Assembly (NCBI GenBank): GCA_965215195.1
Contig: CBDCDC010000002.1
Location: 2,112,001-2,176,000 of the forward strand
Length of the DNA stretch: 64,000 bases
Direction of reading: 5' to 3'
DNA from: Candidatus Latescibacterota bacterium
GTDB taxonomy: Bacteria > Latescibacterota > UBA2968 > UBA8231
In this document: positions 59,689 to 64,000 of the stretch, one piece after another
Position numbering within the stretch: position 1 is the first letter of the stretch
Layout of the letters: every line of letters begins with the position of its first letter
Program-made: the position numbers and the translations under genes
The notes under the pieces: generated by a model
Databases searched by the model: none
What the model was told of the DNA's origin: nothing
The model's input: the letters and a program-made list of their open reading frames with translations, nothing else

Positions 59689-61026
59689 TCACTCCGCATC
59701 GACTAGTTGCCGTGCCAGTGATCCCTCGCGCGTCAGGGCATACACCAAGAGATTCACCCCCAAATCATACACCAACGGCTCTTCGGCACTAGCGAAAGAC
59801 GGGCTGTTCATTGCGTTCTCCGCCAAAGACCAATCCAGCAACTCCTTACCTTTTCCCCCAAAAAAATCGGCGTAGCCCTTCATCGAGTACACCCCGACCA
59901 ACTGCTCCCCAACTACGATGCCCTCCAAATAGTCCGGGGTGCGCGGCGGGTATTCTCCAACGGTAAAGTGCATATCGCGCATCCCGCGCGGCAGGCTATT
60001 TACATCGTAGAAGCAATGATAGAGCGGATGGGTTAGCCCCAAGCGGGTAAACTGCCAGTCCTTCCATTCTTGATAACCCACCGCTTGGAAGCTGGCGCGA
60101 ATGAGGGAACGCACCGCCGGAATGTCTAATTCATCGTCGCTGTATTTGGGTCGCAAAAAGCGCACAATCTCGGCAAACAGGAAGCCGCCGCTGGTCAAAT
60201 ACCCCCCTAAATTGGCTGCCTCGCTGTCCGTAAACTCAAAGGGGGTAGCGAAGGTCATGAGGACGAAGGGGACTTGCAAAAGCTGGGGATCGTCGAGCCG
60301 GACCGCGTCGCGCACTTCGACGTGAACCTGCGTCTTGGCGACCATCTTATCGGCCAACCCGTGCAGCATCCGCCGTTCTATCACTTGGCGCGGCATCTCA
60401 TAATAGAAGCGCCCTTGTGAGGAGTTGGTCTGTTCGGACTCAGCCCGTTCAATAGAAGGGCTATAAACACCGGACATATAGAGGAAGCCCTTGAGCTTGC
60501 GCCGGTCTTGGGGATCGACCACCACCATCGCCCGGTGCCGACCCGTGTCCATCGCCTGCACATCCAGCAACTCCAAGCCCAAGTCAATCTCATCGGCCCC
60601 TTGCCGCGTCCCTTCCAACGCTCCAGCCCGCAGTTGCGGACCAATGTGCCGCGCCGGGAAATCCGGCACCGGCAGCACCAGCCGATTCGGCAGCGATGCC
60701 GACGGCAGCCGAAGCGCCGATGTTTTGAACACCGGCAGGGGACGCGACGCCGACGGTGCCGGCCGCATGGCCACGACCGGGGCGGCTTGCAGGGCGGCGC
60801 GGCGCACCAACGGGCGCTCGCGGGGCCGTTGCCGCCGGCTGAGGGTGCGCGGCAGCGGCCGCTTCTTGGTAAACTTCACCATGATCGGCGGTTGCACGGG
60901 AAAGTGCGTGACCCGCTCATGGCGTGGGAGTCCGAAGATCACCAGCAGATGCAAAGCCAGCGACAACGCCAAGCAGCTTTGCAGCTTTCTATTGCTTCGG
61001 AACGGGACTTTCCACGGCCGTTTCAT
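59689..61026 (-). CDS. DUF4159-domain protein with TonB-like anchor, copy 4
   Basis: Paralog; ATGA overlap with GT2. Confidence 0.8.
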   Translation of the reverse strand: MKRPWKVPFRSNRKLQSCLALSLALHLLVIFGLPRHERVTHFPVQPPIMVKFTKKRPLPRTLSRRQRPRERPLVRRAALQAAPVVAMRPAPSASRPLPVFKTSALRLPSASLPNRLVLPVPDFPARHIGPQLRAGALEGTRQGADEIDLGLELLDVQAMDTGRHRAMVVVDPQDRRKLKGFLYMSGVYSPSIERAESEQTNSSQGRFYYEMPRQVIERRMLHGLADKMVAKTQVHVEVRDAVRLDDPQLLQVPFVLMTFATPFEFTDSEAANLGGYLTSGGFLFAEIVRFLRPKYSDDELDIPAVRSLIRASFQAVGYQEWKDWQFTRLGLTHPLYHCFYDVNSLPRGMRDMHFTVGEYPPRTPDYLEGIVVGEQLVGVYSMKGYADFFGGKGKELLDWSLAENAMNSPSFASAEEPLVYDLGVNLLVYALTREGSLARQLVDAE

Positions 61027-62075
61027 CGGCTCCCGTCCTTTCGCAAAGGATGGAGATCGAGCATTAACGTACGCTCCGCCATTTCGCCGCTCGATATGGT
61101 CTGATGCGTTTCGTGAAACGCCATCAGGCTAGGGAGGCGCATCTCCTCTGGAATTAGGCGATCCGGCCATAGAGCAGCGAGCCAAAATTCGATCAGGCAT
61201 AGCTTGGGATCCTCGTTCTTCTCCACCATGTGGGCTATAGATCTATGCCGTTTTTGCGATTCTGCGAACGCATTTTGGGGGCTGAAAAAGTCGTGGTGAT
61301 GATACAGGTGATAGCTCTGCGCCTTGGCTGCAAAGCGCATGTTGCAGCCATTCCGCATGAGGCGATAGGCCAAATCCCATCCCTCAGAGTGGGGCATCTC
61401 TTCGTCAAACCCACCGACTTCCTCAAGGGCGACGCGCGGGGCCGAAGCATTGTGTGGATAAAAACTGATCCAACCGATCGGCGAATCGGGCACGTTGTCA
61501 AAGAGTACTTGTACTTGGTCTTGCATTAATTTTATCTCCGGGAACGGATATATCCCTTCTCGGGCTAATGGGGTGATCGCAGCGAAATCGGACTGTATCA
61601 TCGCCTCGGTCACCCGAAATTTTTCTGGGTACATACGTATAATATGAGCAACCGATGCCGGAGCGTCCTCCCAAGGAAGGCCACTATGCGGGTCTTGGAC
61701 ATATTCCAAGCGAGGTAAGCAATAGTGGAATCCGCTCGTTACGCCGTTGTAGCGCTGAAATAGGTGCCAATGTTGGGCTAACCAATCGGGACCCGGTAGC
61801 GCGTCGCCATCTAAAAAGGCGACTACCTCTCCCCGCGCTTCCGCGATACCGATATTCCGCGCTCGACAGCGTCCTACATTGGTACGCAAGGGAATGACTT
61901 TTATGGGCATGTGCTCATACTCACGCAGAAAATCCCCTGTTCCGTCCGTGCTGCCATCGTCCACCACGATAACCTCAAACTGGCCTTCGGGGAGTGTTTG
62001 AACGGCCAAGCCGCTTAAAACAAGCCGCAACCGATCGCGCTGATTGTGTGCGGCAATGACGACAGAAATATCCAT
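61023..62075 (-). CDS. Glycosyltransferase family 2, copy 2
   Basis: Close paralog of 49575-50624. Confidence 0.9.
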   Translation of the reverse strand: MDISVVIAAHNQRDRLRLVLSGLAVQTLPEGQFEVIVVDDGSTDGTGDFLREYEHMPIKVIPLRTNVGRCRARNIGIAEARGEVVAFLDGDALPGPDWLAQHWHLFQRYNGVTSGFHYCLPRLEYVQDPHSGLPWEDAPASVAHIIRMYPEKFRVTEAMIQSDFAAITPLAREGIYPFPEIKLMQDQVQVLFDNVPDSPIGWISFYPHNASAPRVALEEVGGFDEEMPHSEGWDLAYRLMRNGCNMRFAAKAQSYHLYHHHDFFSPQNAFAESQKRHRSIAHMVEKNEDPKLCLIEFWLAALWPDRLIPEEMRLPSLMAFHETHQTISSGEMAERTLMLDLHPLRKDGSR

Positions 62076-62088
62076 TTCGCTAGCTCCC

Positions 62089-64000
62089 TTATATACATTC
62101 AAAGACCAAGCGGCTCTCTTCCCTCAGAGAATCCGGCCAATGCATACGAGACAAGCCATTATCCGTTTCTTCATATACAATGGCTTGTGGCACTTCTTTG
62201 GCCGCAGTGTTTGAGCATACGATGTGAAAGCAGTCCAAATGACCAAAGAAAAAGTCAAAATAGGGCTCGCTATTCTCCAAGACCGTATGGCGCAACGCCT
62301 CACTTTGCACATTGGCCTCCGTTAGTGCTGGCGTACCAGTGCTGATACCGTGAAATTCCACGGGAATCCATCCGAGATCTGAGATGAAAATCTCAGCCCA
62401 TGTGTGCCCAAATACCACTTCATTATACATTCGGTTCTCGTATATACTCGGCCCCAGCGGATTGACCGCTATGGCTCCGGTCTGCTCACGGGCGGGTATT
62501 TTTTGCAGGCGACAAAGGGCAATAAAAGCACGAGCCAACGTAATACAATGTCCGCCGTCGTCCGTCAGTGCTTTTAGGGTGCTACACCGATAGCATTGGC
62601 AGCTATCTTTGGTTTTCTTGAAATGCTTGTTTCTGGCTAAATAGTAGTATAACGAACGAGCTTTTTCTACGTCGCTCGATCCTCGGTCTATGCCCGCATC
62701 CTCCCAACAACGGCGGACGAGTGAGTGTTCTACCAAGGATTCATCGACGGTAGTATAGCACTCGAATTGTTCGGGTGTGAGCACCTCTGTTGCTCGACCC
62801 ATCGCTCTCGCATAAACCGTCAATTCGCACACATAAGAAAACGTATATGCCTCATCGGAGCTAAAATCACAAACCGCAGGATAGCCATAGAAAAAACCCG
62901 CGTGTGGCAAAAAATAGCTCTGTATTTCCGCCGGGCTGCAAGACAGCAGCTTTATATCCTTCTGAAAGTCAGTGGATGTTGGGTACGGCAGAAATATCCG
63001 CGCATGGTGTGTTGTATCCTCGGCCGCAGACAGAGTGAAGGTATAAGTCAGCCGCAATCGCTGGCTTTCCGTAGCGGGACGAAGCGCACCATTTTTTTTA
63101 TTAATGAAGAACGAACGCATTTCCTCACGCGCCTCGTAATCACACTCAAAAAAGCGAGCGTCGTTGTCGTACAGCCAGTTCCACGAATCGAAACGATCGT
63201 ACCAGATGCCGTCTTGTCTCACTTCATGCGGCATCTGGTGCTTTCGCCCGTTTTCAAGCATCTCTTCAACCTGCTCGTCGCTGAGCACCGTACTCAACGA
63301 CAACTGCCGGGCAAAATCGCGGTGGCTCATCTCGTACTGCGGATCGAGCTGGTCTTCTTCAGCGCGATTCATCCAGTACCCATCAACTATATCCGCGACG
63401 CGATTCGCGCCCTGCCATTCCCGTATATCACCGGCGAAGGCGCGGCATCGTCTGGAGAACATCGCATAGTGATTTAGCAGTCCCTCGACACTTTGCACGA
63501 GAGACGTCGATCGGGTGAAGTCTCGGTAGCTCAACTTGAGACCCAGTCCCAAGGCTTGCAGGCGGTCGATGAAATGCTCTTGCGTACCATTCGTGGGCAG
63601 CCCGATAAGCGGTATACCCTTGAACAGAGCTTGGTAAAAGAAATCGTGATCTCCGCCGCCGGCAAAGACGGCCGCTTGGGAGGCGGCCTGCGGCAAAAAA
63701 TTAGGATCGACGAGCTCGCCGCACTCTATTAGGTCAATACGCACTCCAACAGGTGGAACCACCCACTGCCGAATCCCTTTCATCCCCAGCTTTTGCAGGG
63801 CCTCTTGAATGGAAGGCCAATCGGCTCCCAGCGTTCTGAGATCCCAGTACACCCCCTCCCGCTCCACCTCGCCTTGCGCCTCTGCATCAAGCCCCTCAAG
63901 CAGCGGTCCGACAAAGGAGTAGTTGGCAGGCATCTCCGGTCTCAGTGGATGAACCGCTGGAATATCGCAGAGCAGATACATCTCCCCAAATGTCGTCCCA
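62089..64000 (-). CDS. GT-B (UDP-glycosyltransferase-like) plus transglutaminase-like fusion, probably 5'-truncated by the window edge
   Basis: N-part ANYSFVGPL...ALFKGIPLIGLP...QEH...LQALGLG; C-part GHCITLARAFIALCRLQKIPAR, GHTWAEIF..LGWIPVE; frame is open to the window end. Confidence 0.75.
   Translation of the reverse strand, partial: GTTFGEMYLLCDIPAVHPLRPEMPANYSFVGPLLEGLDAEAQGEVEREGVYWDLRTLGADWPSIQEALQKLGMKGIRQWVVPPVGVRIDLIECGELVDPNFLPQAASQAAVFAGGGDHDFFYQALFKGIPLIGLPTNGTQEHFIDRLQALGLGLKLSYRDFTRSTSLVQSVEGLLNHYAMFSRRCRAFAGDIREWQGANRVADIVDGYWMNRAEEDQLDPQYEMSHRDFARQLSLSTVLSDEQVEEMLENGRKHQMPHEVRQDGIWYDRFDSWNWLYDNDARFFECDYEAREEMRSFFINKKNGALRPATESQRLRLTYTFTLSAAEDTTHHARIFLPYPTSTDFQKDIKLLSCSPAEIQSYFLPHAGFFYGYPAVCDFSSDEAYTFSYVCELTVYARAMGRATEVLTPEQFECYTTVDESLVEHSLVRRCWEDAGIDRGSSDVEKARSLYYYLARNKHFKKTKDSCQCYRCSTLKALTDDGGHCITLARAFIALCRLQKIPAREQTGAIAVNPLGPSIYENRMYNEVVFGHTWAEIFISDLGWIPVEFHGISTGTPALTEANVQSEALRHTVLENSEPYFDFFFGHLDCFHIVCSNTAAKEVPQAIVYEETDNGLSRMHWPDSLREESRLVFECI

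Noticed and set aside
702-63732. Numerous overlapping antisense or alternative-frame ORFs in the track
   Set aside because: They are shadow ORFs of GC-rich coding genes, are Arg/Pro/Ala-rich, and show no recognisable motifs
1-64000. tRNA, rRNA or riboswitch genes
   Set aside because: No cloverleaf, rRNA-like or recognisable riboswitch consensus was seen by eye; an Infernal/Rfam scan would be needed to exclude them

Overview
GC-rich bacterial window. The gene content (many catabolic enzymes, FlgD-Ig/'PNPFNP' C-terminal domains, a 'SWGxIK' tail) suggests a Latescibacterota/Gemmatimonadota/Poribacteria-like organism, but that is inference only. Bases 1-32.3 kb are a patchwork of catabolic genes (aldolases, dehydrogenases, PhyH dioxygenases, GH32), two toxin-antitoxin loci, an ABC-2 exporter, a DUF2089/DUF4097 operon and several gene remnants. 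They also contain an AhpD/CMD-family gene split only by an in-frame UGA in a CxxU motif followed by a SECIS-like hairpin, so it is probably a selenoprotein. Bases 32.4-64 kb form one minus-strand array of paralogous modules: 7 secreted FG-GAP proteins and 2 Cys-rich proteins sharing a near-constant FlgD-like C-terminal domain ending KKTTKLP, a free Cys-rich peptide with the same conserved leader, a secreted WD40 protein, 4 TonB-like-anchored DUF4159 proteins, 2 GT2 glycosyltransferases and a GT-B/transglutaminase fusion. The paralogs are mosaics, and the array carries orphan tails, recurrent breakpoints, REP/MITE spacers, an IS5 element, a near-consensus sigma-54 promoter with a triple palindromic candidate enhancer, and a remnant of a sigma-54 activator. 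I read it as a recombination-diversified secreted or surface-display system. All family calls come from motif recognition, not database searches.
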